A DNA stretch of 64,000 nt from Marsupella aquatica (GCA_973895155.1 OZ316897.1:7616470-7680469), one strand, 5' to 3'. Positions 12,111 through 24,707 are shown, numbered from the stretch's first letter. Numbers and translations are program-made. The notes: generated by a model from the sequence alone, not told the origin.

Positions 12111-12724
12111 AATACACATTTAGTAACGTTCAACGGCTCCAAACTGATTTGTCGCATTGGAACGTTTCACATCTTTTCAATGATACCAAATCAGATAGTC
12201 ATTTTAAATACACATTTTGTTATAACATATGGCTAGCGCCGGGCGCTAGCTTCAGTTTGTCCCTTTCTGAGCGAATCTTGTTTGATTATGGTCCGAATGT
12301 TTTCCAGTACTTATCTTTGCGATCGGAATCTCCGTTTGTGAACTTTCCTATATTTGAGTTCTTCTCGTGGGATATAAAGCTTCCCCTTCCAGGTCACACT
12401 TCATTGAAGTGTACTTAATTATTTATTTATGAACACCGCTCAATCCATTTGGTCTCATCTCAAACCCCTTGGTTTTTTTGTTAGCGCCTAGCGCTATTAC
12501 ATAGTACCTTACCGATTCCGATGATATTTTTAAGATTGGTAGTTTTGGAGTGTGCCTCGCCTCGGTAGCCTGTGTATGGTGGGTCCCACTCTATGGTTTA
12601 CGCATATATGGTGGACAAGTAATTCAGTTATAGAGACAGCCTGTGAATTTTGTTGTTCAAGGAACCCAATCAAGTCTTACCTTTCCATCAAAAATGGGCC
12701 GAAAACTTCATATCTTTACTGGTA

Positions 12725-12789
12725 ACAGTTCCTGTTTTCCTGTTAACAGGAATCATATTTTCTTGTTTCCTGTCTCGGTGGTGATGCCC
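12725..12789 (-). repeat. Right terminus of MULE with inverted ACAGGAA motifs
   Basis: TTCCTGTTTTCCTGTT...TTTTCTTGTTTCCTGTCTCGGTGGTGATGCCC, directly followed by the TSD. Confidence 0.8.
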
Positions 12790-12799
12790 AAATATACAT

Positions 12800-15700
12800 C
12801 AAGAGGTTTTTTGGTTGTGATGTGCGTAGCATGTGCAACCATCTCAACAAATGTTACCACGAAGGTTGAGAGTAGCATATCGGGAGATGGGCATGCCAGA
12901 AGAGGGAGAACCATCAGAGGGTGATTCCTCATCAAGTAATGATGTAAGTGATCATGGTGATGAGGAAGTAGCACCTCAGACTGATGACTAGGTCATGCAT
13001 GACCAGGACAGAGCCATGGATGACTTCATGGTTGATTGGTTTGGTGCTGATGTTGAAGATGGTGTCCCTGACATTAGTGTTGAAGGAGCTGCCCCCCAAA
13101 ATGACCCATGACCACAACATACTCCAGAGGGACAACAACAATGGAAGGAGGCTGAGGAACATGCCCGGACACCTATCTTTGAGGGTGCTCAGCTGAGTCG
13201 TTTGTCAGCCATATTGGGGTTGTTGAACATTCAGGCCAAACATAAGGCAAGCAATTCTATGTTATCAGACATATTTGAATATTGTCATGACTTGATGTTA
13301 CCCTTGGAGAATGTGTTGCCTGGAACTTGGAAGGATGCAAAGAAGATTCTCTCATCCATTGGCATGGATTACCATATCATTCATGCCTGTGTGAATGATT
13401 GCATATTATTTCATGGGGACAAAGCCCATATGACAAAATGCACAGTATGTCATGAGCCACGGTATGACCCAAACATGCTAACCGGGAAGGTGCCAAGAAA
13501 AGCAGTTCGTTGGTTCCCCATTATTCCTCGCTTGTTGCACATGTATAGATGTTCTGACTTGGCCAAGTTGATGGTATGGCACAAGAAGCATCGTTCGGAG
13601 CCCGGTGTGATGCGATTACTAGTTGACTCTCCTGCTCATAAACATGTGGAGTCAACATGGCCAGATTTGAGCGTAACCCTCGGCATGTGCAACTTGGGTT
13701 GGCATCAGATGGGGTTAGCCCGGGGGTTAGCCCTCATTCACTTGGAGGGAAGGGGAGACCTACATCAGTTTGGCCGGTGGTTCTCATGAATTACAACCTT
13801 CCACCATGGTTGTCCATGAAAAAGGGCTTTTTATTGCTATCTTTGATTATCCTAGGGCCAAAGAAGGTGAAGAACATGGACACCTATTTGGCATTAGTGG
13901 TTGAGGAACTCCAAAAATTATGGGACGGAATATGGGCATATGATGGTCGAAAGACTACAGGGGGTACCCCAGGGGTTTTTTAACTAAAAGGGGTTTGTAT
14001 GTGGACCATGCATGACTACCCAGGTAAGAACTATGAAACTACAACACTTTTTTTGTCTACATCCAGCATGATATGATAATGCATGTTATCCCCTCATTTC
14101 CATGTGCTAATTCTACATAATGTGTGTCTATATGACCAGGATTTGGCTTTGTGAGTGGGTTGCAAATCCAAGGCTACAAGACTTGCTCCACTTGTGGCCC
14201 AAGTCTTGGTGATATAGCCAAGTACTCATCACACCTTCACAAGATTGTTTATCTTGGGCATACAAAGTTTCTGTCAATGGGCCATAAGATGAGGTTTGAC
14301 CCACTACTATTTTCCTCCATTGATATGCCCTTTGGTGATGAGCGTGATATACCAGAGCCAACAACTTTTGCACATCAGAAAGACTTGGCTGATAGAGTGA
14401 CAAACCCGGAGGATTCCATGCAATTTGAGGGTAGCGGGTTGACTAGATGGAGTATATTAACCACTTTGCCTTATTGGGAAGAGTTGAAGATCCGCCATCT
14501 ATTAGACCCCATGCACATTAAGGAAAATGTGGGAAAGGCTTTGATAAAAGCTTTCTATGGAGAAAAGGACACTAACTTCAGGGAGGCTTGTGAGGATCTT
14601 GAGAATGATGCATCCAGATGTATGGGTCACAATTGATCCTATCACGGGGATAGAACATCGACCTTCAGCCCCATGGGTGCTTCCTGTTGGCCAGAGAAGG
14701 GAGTTTAGGAATCGCATAGGAGGCATGCGGTTTCCTACTCGTTATGGTGCCAATCTCCGGAAGGCCTTTGGGATGGAGGACAATCATAAGTGGCCAATGT
14801 ATCTCAAGACGCATGACTATCATCGGTTATTGCAGCATATATTGCCCGTGGCCATAATAGGTTTGGCAAGTTCAGAAGTGCAAGATGTCATTTGGTCATT
14901 GGGAAAACTATTGAGATGGGTATGTTCTAAGGAGATATATTGTGAAGAGATCCCTGGAATGGAGGTACTGGCAGCAGAGGTGGTATGCAAGTTAGAAAAG
15001 GCCCTTCCTCCTTTTTTTGATTGCCAAGTGCATTTACTTGTTCATCTTGTTCATGAGGTGGCCATTGCTGGTCCTGTGCATTGTCGGTGGATGTATTGGT
15101 TGGAATGGTACATGGCAGTATTAAAGGGTTATGTATGTAACCGGGCACGGGTTGAGGGAAGCATGGCTACAGGATACTTGGCAGCAGAGAGTATGTTCTA
15201 TTGCAGTAACATATTGGCCACAATTGATCGTACCTCTCCCCGTACTTGGGTAGAGGAGAGGGAAGATGAGGAAGATCGTTTAATATGTGCTATCAAAACC
15301 CGCATGTTGACACCAGTGGAGTTGAAACAACTAACCACATTCATGTTGAGTAACATCACTATCATGGAAGAATTGATGGATTTCTATGAGGATGCCAAAA
15401 GTACCAGTAGAAGACCAAGGATCTTTCCAAAGTACCATGACTACATGAAGGAGAAGTTGGTTGAGGTGGATGACATGGTAGCGAGGGGAGAGAATGTATT
15501 ACATTTTCCAGCTATCACAGATGATGTCCGTACCATTGTTCATGGTCCCTTGAGAATGGTTACAACAAGGATGGCAATGTGGACACAAGGGAGATATTTC
15601 AGGTTATTTCCAAGTACCTTAGTAACCTTTCATCTATGGTGATTTTAATTTATGTGTAATACAAACACATATATTGAAGAGACAATTTTTTGGCATGTGA

Positions 15701-16250
15701 TATTAATTGTTAGATGTTTATGCCTATTTTTGTAACATGTCCTTATGGTTTGATGGATTTTAGGGTTTCTTCCCTTGATGAGAAGAGGGGTCATACCTTT
15801 GATTGTGGAGTTCAAGGACAATTCTCTCAAGATTCCCGCAACAATCGCCATGACACAAATATTATTTGAGATGTTGTGCCACATTATGGAAAGATAGAGG
15901 AGATCCTAGTGATATCTTATGATGCACAATCAAAGTTTGAAGAGTATGTCTTCAAGTGAAAGTGGTTCAAAGTGAACCTTGCAGGTAACAATCCCACCGT
16001 GCTTCAAGATGAGTATGGATTTACACGGCTAAAGACATCTGCCACTAGTTTCCAACCATCTCATTGGCAAACATCAGAGCCGTTCACTTTTCCAAGTCAT
16101 GTGGAACAATATTTCTATATTCCATACCCCCCAAACCCAGGGGAATGGTCACTTGTCATCACATATGTGCCCCGATCTCATTCAATTGTTGGGGAAAAGC
16201 CAGATATTCTGGTTGTGTCCCAACCTGAAGAGGATGAGGACCAAGTTTGA
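12800..16250 (+). pseudogene. CACTA Tnp2/TnpD transposase (Transposase_21, DUF4218, DUF4216-like regions)
   Basis: IHACVNDCILF...C..C.EPRY; WFPIIPRL; LGLASDG; WPVVLMNYNLPPW; TMHDYP; HLLDPMHIKENV; LKTHDYH; VHLLVHL...GPVHCRWMY; ARVEGSMATGY; DEYGFT. Introns at ~14024-14139 and ~15603-15762. Multiple stops and frameshifts. Confidence 0.9.
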
Positions 16251-16429
16251 GGGGTATATGTTATGCGGATATATAGTTAGATTTGAACATATGAGGATCT
16301 CTCTTCTTGGTTGGAGAAATATGTGTTTCTAAATATTAATAAATTTATGTTTGCCCAAATCAATCTTGTAAGTATATCAATTTTAAATGTGGCTTTTTTA
16401 CATCTTCCATCCCCACAGTCCTATGTACA

Positions 16430-16930
16430 CTCCCACACCTTTTGGTACACTTTATGAAAAGAAAACTCATGTCGCTTGTAGTCATTCCTCCTCATAGCTT
16501 TCCTTCTCCCACCCCCTAGCCTTTCTCTCTAGTACTTGTACCCACCTCCCTCCTCCCCTTGTCTCAACCCCTTCCTTTTTAAAACCTATACATGCCCTCA
16601 ATTTTTTCCACCTTTCACTGTCCCCAACCTATGCTCCTCCCTCCTTGGCTTGTCCCCCTCCTAAACCTATACCTTCCACCTTCCCTCCCTCCTTTCCTTT
16701 TCCCTCCCTAAACTGTAGGTAGGTATGCTCCCTCCTCCCTCATTTCCTTGTGCACCCTAAACCGCCCTCCTCTCTCCTCCCTTTGTTCCTTGTCCCCCCT
16801 TAAGTCAACCCTTCCTCCTCCTTTTCTTCCTAAAGTGTACCTCCCTAAAACTGTTTGTACCTCCTCCCTCCTCCCTCCTCTCTCCTTGACCCTCCTTTCT
16901 CCATTCCTTGTCCCATGCCCTTTCTAAATC
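16430..16930 (+). repeat. C/T-rich low-complexity tract in CACTA 3' region
   Basis: Long CCTCCCTCC/CCTT polypyrimidine runs. Confidence 0.7.
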
Positions 16931-17574
16931 TGACAAACCCCAAAACCAATTTTCCGAACCATTTTGTGAACCCCCACTCATCTCAACCTCATGGCTATAT
17001 TAGCGATTCCCATTTCATCGCTAGATCCCATCCCAATACCATCGCTACATTCTGAATTAACGCGCATCTCAGCTTTCCGAAACACAAGCCTTCTCTAAAG
17101 AGAACCACTAAGGCGCCATGATTTTGCGAGCCACCCCATATCGCAAAGTAGCGATTCCCTAAGTTTTGCTATATTGCAATCAATTTTGCTTCGCACGTCG
17201 CTTTTCGATCACAGACGTATCGCAACGTTATCGATGCATTCAGCGTCACAAGTTGTTTGCAAAATGATAAACATCGCTATTACGTAGAATGCTCAAAGGT
17301 TCAGAAACATTTTGCGAGATATTTGGTTTTGCAAATATTTGCGAAGAGGTTGGTTTCGCAAATAGTGGTTGCGATGGTTTCAATGTTGCAGTTTGTGATG
17401 CGATTTGCATTGCAAGATGAGCAATGAACGGCGCTTCGCAGTGCGTTAACCCCCTTTTAAATGACCTTCGCAAAAATGGCAAATATGTAGTAGTGCTCCA
17501 CCAAGAGTAAACACATACCTAGTCGTTGACCTCCTTGTTTCCAAACAGCCTCTGTAGTCAGAATCTACATAGCC

Positions 17575-19070
17575 TGTGGTATGCCACATATGTAAGAATC
17601 CTTAAAAAGGAGGAAGAAATGGTGAAATGACGAACTTTCAAAACTTTTTGGAGCTTTTTTATTGCATTTAAGTCATTTGGTGACTTACAAAAAGATATCA
17701 CTCAAGTTTTACAATGAATGTTCGTTAGCGGTGTCCAAGCTTGTTATATGGGGTGCTTTCAAGAGGCCCTAGCTCAACCATTTGATTAAAGATGCCCTTC
17801 AAAATTGCCCAAGCCTAAGGCACTTGATATGTTTTTTGTCCAAAGCTCCTATTTATTTGAAAGTCTTCCAGAACTTCAGTTCAACTGGAAATTTGCAAGC
17901 ATGATCTTTGGAGTATAATCTACTTGTTGACAGAGTTCAAGACTTTTTGGAGTTGGTTTTCTTGGGTTTTGATCAAGTCTATGTTAGTCGATTGTTATAT
18001 TTGCATTTAATTACATCAAATTTTAATTAGTTCTACTTTATTTTACATATTCGTTTTCTTTGGAGGATGAAGAGGTATGTCTTTTCATCTTTCCAAGGAT
18101 ATACTTAATATTTAGTTTAGTTAGTTTTTGGTTTTCAAGGAGTGAAAAGTTACACCTTTTCATTCTCTCTTGACCATCCTTGCTTGAGGCATTATATAAG
18201 GAAGGGTGATACACTAGTTAGGTAAGTTAGTTCTTGCATATCTTAGCCGAAAAGATTGTCCCTTTGACACTGATTATGGAGACATTTAAAACATATTTTG
18301 AATGTCGCTCCTTAGGTGAAGAAAAGGAGACTAACTTCCTTCTATATTAGATTCCATGAGGAATTTGGATATGGAAGTCAAACTACATAAATACATGTGA
18401 TTTGTATCTTAGATCATAGATAGCATTGGCTTGAGATCCAATATATGAAACTCTTTCCTTATGAAACTCTAGAGTTGCCCAAATTATCTTTGACCATGTA
18501 TGATTGGTAAGAATTTGTGGAAGTCTAGAGTGGAATTCATTTCAAGCTTTCTAGGGTAAAAGTCCATTCTCATGAGTTTTAGTACCGTCATTGGCAAACA
18601 AAGACTAGTAGCATTCATACCAAGTTGCGCATCGCCAGAGTATTGAATCTTGTTGCCGGCAGTTTACTAGTTGGGACTACGCACAATGTCCAGAAAGATC
18701 TTTGTGGGTTTGGTGAACTAATACTAGAAGGAGGACAAATGAGAGTATAAATTTAGGAAGCAGTCAGAGAGGGGTTTTGTGTACCTTTAAACATCTTAAA
18801 GTGGTCATATCCTTCCATAAGCTAAGGTGATGGAGGTAGCGCAGTGCTGAAGCCTGATTTTAAAAGTCCTAGAGTTATAGTCTACGAAAGAGAATTATAT
18901 TTCCTTGTCTTTTGTTAATTGTCCATTTTAGTTTCAAATGTGTAAGAGGTTGAGTTTCCTCATTAAACCACTCACTTGTGTTAAAACACTCCATTCCCTT
19001 TCTGTTTTGCTCTTTAGGGGAACAAATTCTGAGTTTTTACTTTTATTATATGCATTGACCCTATACCACA
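17575..19070. mobile_element. 1.5-kb solo LTR inserted at the Copia RT/RNase H junction
   Basis: Termini TGTGGTAT...ATACCACA (8-bp inverted); perfect 5-bp TSD TAGCC at 17570-17574 and 19071-19075; removing it rejoins LVGY-VDSDY. Confidence 0.85.
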
Positions 19071-21800
19071 TAGCCAACCAAAGATTTGGTTTTATTTGAT
19101 CTACTTTCAAACAACAGACCATAGTCTATTATGCCCTTAAGATACCTGAGAATCCATTTCACAGCCTCCCAATGTACCTTCCCTGGATTTGACATAAATC
19201 TACTCACTTTGCCCATTGCTAGGGCTAGATCATATCTGGTACACGTCATCAAATATATTAGATTGTCCACTGCCTTCTCATAAGGAACCTTAGTCATCAA
19301 GCCTTTCTCCACTGGATCCGTGGGGCCGAAAGCCGATGATAACTTAAAATGTGGAGCCAAAAAAATACTTACTGACTTACAATTATCCATGTTGAATCTT
19401 GCAAGTACCTTTTTAGCATACTTGCCTTGATTCAGCCACAGCTGTCCAATCTCAAAGTTCCTCATAATCTCCATACCTAAGATCCTCTTGGCTTTCCCAA
19501 GATCCTTCATTCGGAATTTAGAACTCAATTTTGCTTTGAGTTTGTCAACCTCAAATTGATCCTTAGCCATAATCAACATATCATCCATATAGAGCACCAG
19601 AATGAGTAAACCAAACACACCATTCTTGACTGATTTTGTGTACACGCAAGGGTCATACACCATCGTAGTGAATCTTTGTGCAAGCATGAAATCATCAAAC
19701 CGTTTGTTCCATTGTCGAGGAGCTTACTTCAAATCCATATAGGGACTTAAGCAACCCACAAACTAAACTCTCTTGGCACTTCTTCACAAAGCCCAGTGGT
19801 TGCCTCATGATTCAAATTTGTTTCTCCAAGGTGCCATAGAGAAAAACACTAACAACATCCATTTGATCTAACACCAGATAAAAAAATGCAACAAGTTGAC
19901 ACAAAATTTGTATCATGGAATATTTGGCAAGTGATGAGAAGACCTCATTGTAATCCATTCCCTTCTCCTTAGTGAAGCCCTTAGCAGCAAGCCTTGCCTT
20001 AATATCTTGTCTCCTCCATCTGAAGAGTTATCCTTCAGCTTGTAAATCCACTTGTTGTCCATCACTTGTTGATCATTTGGCAATTGCACCAGCTCTCATG
20101 TTTTGTTGTCACTTAAAGATTGTAACTCCCTCTGCATTGTTGCATTCCATTCATCTTTTTCATCTGAAATGCATGCATCATGATATGAAGAAGGTTCTCC
20201 TTCATCCAAGATTAGTGCCCTATCATCGTCATCAGGTGCAATGTTAGCATCGTCTAGCCTTGATGAATTTGCCCATTGTCCATACCTTGTAGGAGCTCGA
20301 GTAGTACGTCTCAATTTTCTAGCGGATGATTCTGGCTAATCTTGCTCTATTGGTAGAATTTGAGGTATTCCAACAACAACCTGCTCCTCTTGTTCCATCA
20401 CCGGAACCAGCTCCATTGTAGGAGCACCTCCTTCAACTATGTCATGAAAGCCCTCATGACCAATCTCCCCCTCAACATGGTCCGGGATAGGAGATTCTTT
20501 GTTAGTATGGGAAGCTTGAGCATTCTCCTCCTCATTTGATGATCTGGTTTCATTAAAGGATACATCTTTACTAACAAACAACGTACAAGCTTCTGGATCT
20601 CAAAGCTTGTAGCCTTTCACACCCTTTTGATAACCAAGAAAAATGCATTTCTTGAAAGTTGGATCTAGTTTAGATCGATTCTGCTTAGGTGTGAGAGCAT
20701 ATACATCACTCCCAAAGACTCTCAAAACTTGGTAGTCTACTTGCTGTCCATACCTCATTTCAAACGGCGTCTTGAAATTGATTGCACTGGAACGAGAAAG
20801 ATTTACCAAATAAGCTACCATATTTACAGCTTCAACCAAAAATTCATGCAATAAACCTGATTGGCTCAACATACTCCTTGATCTCTCCAATAGTGTTTGG
20901 TTGAGTCGCTCAAACACACCATTCTATTGAGGAGTATAAACTATCGTGAGATGACAAGTAATCCCCTGCTCTGCACAGTACAATTCAAATTCACTTGAGC
21001 TGTACTCCCCGCCGTTATCTGATTGCAAATATCTCACCTTGTATCCAATTTGATTCTCAACTTGGACTTTCTACTCTTTAAAAGCGTGGAAGACTTCAGA
21101 CTTACCGTGTAGAAATGTGATCCAGACAAACCTTGAGTAATCGCCAATGAACATGATATAGAATAGTTTTCCAGAATGCGAAGGAGTTGGGGCTGGACCC
21201 CACACATCACTGTGTAAATACTCAAGTATTGCTTTGGTATTGTGCGTTCCAATACCAAAGGTTCTCCTATGCTGCTTCCCAAGTACACAATGTTCACAAA
21301 AATCTAACTTCTGAAGATTCTAAATCAGAAAGAAGTCCTTTCTAACAAAGTATTGCCAACCCTTTTTCACTCATGTGTCCCATTTTGGAGTGCCACAATT
21401 GAGCCATCTCACCTTGAGATGTGATTACATTCACTTTGTCACAAATCATGTTGCCCTCCAACAAGTATAGATTCTTGTGCCGCTTACCCTTCATGACAAC
21501 CTTGCCTCTGGTTGACACTTGAAGAATATATCAGCAAAACTCCACCGACATCCATTCATTTCTAGCATTCCAAGAGAAATCAAATTCTCTTTCATGTCAG
21601 GTATATGTTTGACATTACAACTCCATCAAACATCCAAATTTTCATGGATCCAATTTCAACAATTTGACAAGGGTGATCATTCCTTATCAACACAAAATCA
21701 ATTGATACCAAGTAAGAATAAAAAACTCTTTCATACAACAAATATGATTGGTACACGCACAATCCAAAATCCATTCATCACCAATATTTCTGGATGAAAT
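19071..21800 (-). pseudogene. Copia pol (protease, integrase, reverse transcriptase) fragments
   Basis: Protease WILDCACTNH-like; integrase ...ERLNQTL...; RSKLDP...KCIFLGY; EPSSY; RT LYMDDML, MKDLGKAKRILGMEI, HWEAVKWILRYLKG. Confidence 0.9.
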
Positions 21801-21899
21801 GCAAAGGGCAACATCTTGACTTCACAAGATTTCATCATTGAGCAAGTCAATCATATCAACATCAGTGGTTGCGTTTGCTGATGGTTGATGAGTCTGCTT

Positions 21900-22745
21900 G
21901 ACTTGACAGTCTCTTTTCATGTGGCTAGTCTTGCCATATTTCCAGCATGTAACCAGTTTCTTTTCTAGAGATTTCTTTCTACACCTAGATCTAGACTTAG
22001 ACCTAGCCTTGTTCTTGTCTCTATTTTGTGAAGGGTAGAATTATGAAAAAGACTTATTTTCTCCAATCATCCGTTGTAGAGTCCTTCCATGGTTCACATT
22101 CAATGTAGTGCCAAAGGAAGATGGTGTCTGGGCATGACCCAATTTCTTTTGTGCATCATCTAACAGCAAAGAGTTACCACCTTATCATATGAAATGGTTT
22201 TCAGGTCTCTATACTAGAGAACCTGCTTCAAACCCTAATACAATGGGGGTAGAGCGTAGAAGAAGCAATGCCTTATCTTCATCTTCCACTCCCTTGCCAA
22301 GATTTGACAAATCCATAGCTAGGCTGTCAAATTCATTCAAGTGATTTCTAAGCTTGCCTCCTTCTTTGAGCCTCAAGCTCATCAAGAAAGACTTCTTGTA
22401 CAACCAATCTGAATCATCCTCGTGATAGTACTTCTCTCTTAGGGCCTTGAATAAGGATACACAATCCTCGTAGTCATCCAGCTTCTTGATGATGTGCGGC
22501 TTCAGATATAGAATCACCGCATTAATAACAATCACTTGGTTCTGCCTCCATTTCCTCAATGAGATCTCCTCCTCACTGCTAGACTCCTCCCGAGTAGATA
22601 GTAGATGATCTAGGCCCATAGCACAAAAAATTCCCTTGACCTGTTTCTCCCATAGCAAGTAATCTGTCCGCCCATCATACTTTTCCCCCTCAAACTTGAC
22701 ACCTCTAAACTTGGATGCCATCTCTGTCCTCCTAACATTTTCCAC
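21900..22745 (-). pseudogene. Copia gag (UBN2-type) with zinc knuckle
   Basis: EKYDGRTDYLLWEKQVKGI...HLNEFDSLAMDL...VEDEDKALLLLRS; degenerate CCHC knuckle (CWKYGKTSHMKRDC) at ~21905-21950. Confidence 0.85.
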
Positions 22746-24433
22746 GTGTTATTGCTACGTTGCTTCCTATATCCTTTTGTCGCTTTTTTCTTTCTTGCGT
22801 CCCGGTGACTCAACTCAAAATCATGAAAAAATATCAATTTTTGCAACTTCTCAAAAAACTTGTAGCTTGTTACCGCCACGTAGCCCACCAGCCTAGCAAA
22901 CCAACGCCAAAATCCAAAATCAAAACCGAGCTTCGATGAATTTTTTTTTCACATTTTAGTTGGGGTGGGTAAAACTCAAAAATTCTCCCCCGTTTTGACC
23001 ACTTTGGGGAATAACCATAATGTCAAGTACCACCCATCATTGGAAACGCAAATCAATTGGTGCATCGCGTTGCTAGCTTCAGTGGCTACGCCCTTGCCAA
23101 AAAAACCTAAAAAGTTGTTGTCTTCTAGTCAAAATCTTTTATGAACGGCCAAAAACATGTTCTCTATATTTTTGGAATATTCTTTGACTATGTAGCAGGT
23201 CTCATAGGGGGCCGTTCCCCTATCAAAGCGGTTAAGTTGGTGGGTAATTGGGCCCAAGATGTCGCTTAACCAATGAGAGGAAGAGGGACAAATTAGAAAA
23301 TTGGGCCTAAAGGGGGGTTTAAGCCCCTTAACATGAAAATATAGCCCAAAGGCACACGGGCTAGGCGGTATGTACGAGGGCGTAGAAGGCGTATGGCTGG
23401 GCTGGGGTGTTGAGGCAATCATCACCTGAAGGGTGTAGCAGGTGCGGGGTTGGGCTGGTTGGGGTCAAAAAGTTGTTGTTGCAACTAAGGGTCAATGGAG
23501 GGCAGGATGGCGAGGACGGGGTTGGTCGCGGGGCGGCCGAGTATGCGCCGGTCGGCACTGTGTGAGGGGCCCAGCCGTGGCTACGGTGACAGTATCCAAG
23601 AGGGCGGGGTCGGCTGCGTATGGAGGGGGGTTTTGGTCAACGGCCCCATGTGTCATACGCACATGGGGTATACACACCCAAGGGGTTTTAAAACCCCTTT
23701 AAAACAAAAATTATCACCCCCAAAACAAAGGTTTCCTTTTTATACACCTTGCCGCTTGGTCAAGAAAAATACCACCGATAGGAAAATATGTTTTTGGATT
23801 TTGCCTCCTTGCCGTCAGCAGGTCCTACGGCGCAAAAAATCTTTGTTGTGTCTCCCTCGCTTTGTGTCAAGTGCCAATCCTAGACTCAGAATGACCACCT
23901 CGTCGCAATCTCTTTGTTGAGCCTTAGAACTTTGCATTTCTCCCCCCGAGCCAAGCATGACGTCGAGAAACCCGCTTCAGCTAAGGCTATGTCTCCATAG
24001 CCATGAAAAAACCAGAAACAACACCGTCATTCGTACCGTCACACTCGATTCACCATTTTCACCACACCAGATACCGAAATGACCAGTTTTGCCCAATCTG
24101 CAATTTGAGCTATAGTATGCGACACCTCGTGCACCGCAAAGCTCACACCATCGAGTAAACAATCTCAGGTCCCCCCCAAAAGAACCGTTGCAGAAAACCG
24201 TCGAACATGAATCACAAAAAAATCCAGAACAACGGAAACGTGAATTCCTTCGCACCACAAACTCCGTTCAAAGATTTCTTTGCACCGTTAGATAGCTCTT
24301 GCCCCAATCTATCCGATGAGCCCAACACCTCCAAGTTCCATACGACGGAACTCTATGAAATCAACCAACACTAACCGTTGGAAAAACCATCACAAAAAAA
24401 CCTATTGTCACCTTAGCGTCACCTCCCAAAATT

Positions 24434-24445
24434 GCTCTAATACCA
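24434..24445 (-). other. Primer binding site (tRNA-iMet)
   Basis: Reverse complement TGGTATTAGAGC, one mismatch to canonical TGGTATCAGAGC, 2 nt from the LTR end. Confidence 0.85.
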
Positions 24446-24447
24446 AT

Positions 24448-24707
24448 TGTTGAACTATGACATCTTCCTTCATGATGATACAATCATGACTCATACCATG
24501 CACACGTAGTCGACACAATCCATATGTGGTTCACCTCCTCCTCAAGTTGCTCCATTACAATGAGCAAGCACCACGTACCAATGGCTTACACTAGCCCTGA
24601 TATATGCAAGGTCACACACAATTAACCTAACCTCAACTAAGTCCCTATTTGTGGTTAGCCTAATTGCCGTATCCTATGAGTCACAAGACTTAGAGCAATC
24701 CTTAACA
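24448..24707 (-). repeat. 5' LTR of the Copia element
   Basis: TGTTGAAC...CTTAACA; shares GTAGTCGACACAA...GTGGTTCACCTCC with the LTRs at 58100 and 24867. Confidence 0.75.

Larger units (their letters stand above)
1473..12496. repeat. Dispersed 15-bp palindrome TAGCGCCNGGCGCTA, 19 copies
   Basis: Copies start at 1473, 1634, 1872, 2152, 2954, 3061, 4181, 4273, 5099, 6514, 7753, 7827, 7972, 8035, 10324, 10401, 10470, 12234 and 12482. The copies at 1634, 2954, 4181, 7972 and 12234 are perfect. Confidence 0.95.
1271..12789. mobile_element. Mutator-like element (MULE), 11.5 kb, short degenerate TIRs, two divergent genes
   Basis: 9-bp TSD AAATATACG (1262-1270) / AAATATACA (12790-12798). Left terminus GGGTATTTACATAAGACAGGAAAC; right terminus reverse complement GGGCATCACCACCGAGACAGGAAAC. 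Contains a MULE-type transposase. Confidence 0.85.
1..17495 (+). mobile_element. CACTA (En/Spm) DNA transposon, 5' end outside window, interrupted by a MULE at 1271-12789
   Basis: The 3' terminus ...AAATATGTAGTAGTG ends at 17495 (reverse complement CACTACTACATATTT). TTTGCGA/TCGCAAA subterminal repeats lie at ~17100-17480 and a Tnp2-type transposase at 12.8-16.3 kb. Copia RNase H codons start immediately after 17495. Confidence 0.85.
17496..24707 (-). mobile_element. Ty1/Copia LTR retrotransposon (degenerate); 3' part displaced off-window by the CACTA insertion
   Basis: 5' LTR 24448-24707 (TG...CA); PBS at 24434-24445; gag, zinc knuckle, protease, integrase and RT in Copia order; RNase H start GYVDSDYRGCLETRRSTTRYVFTLGG at ~17497-17574. 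Confidence 0.9.

Noticed and set aside
1473-12496. Palindrome copies as a CRISPR-like array
   Set aside because: Spacing is irregular (63 bp to over 2 kb), there are no cas genes, and the context is eukaryotic with introns.
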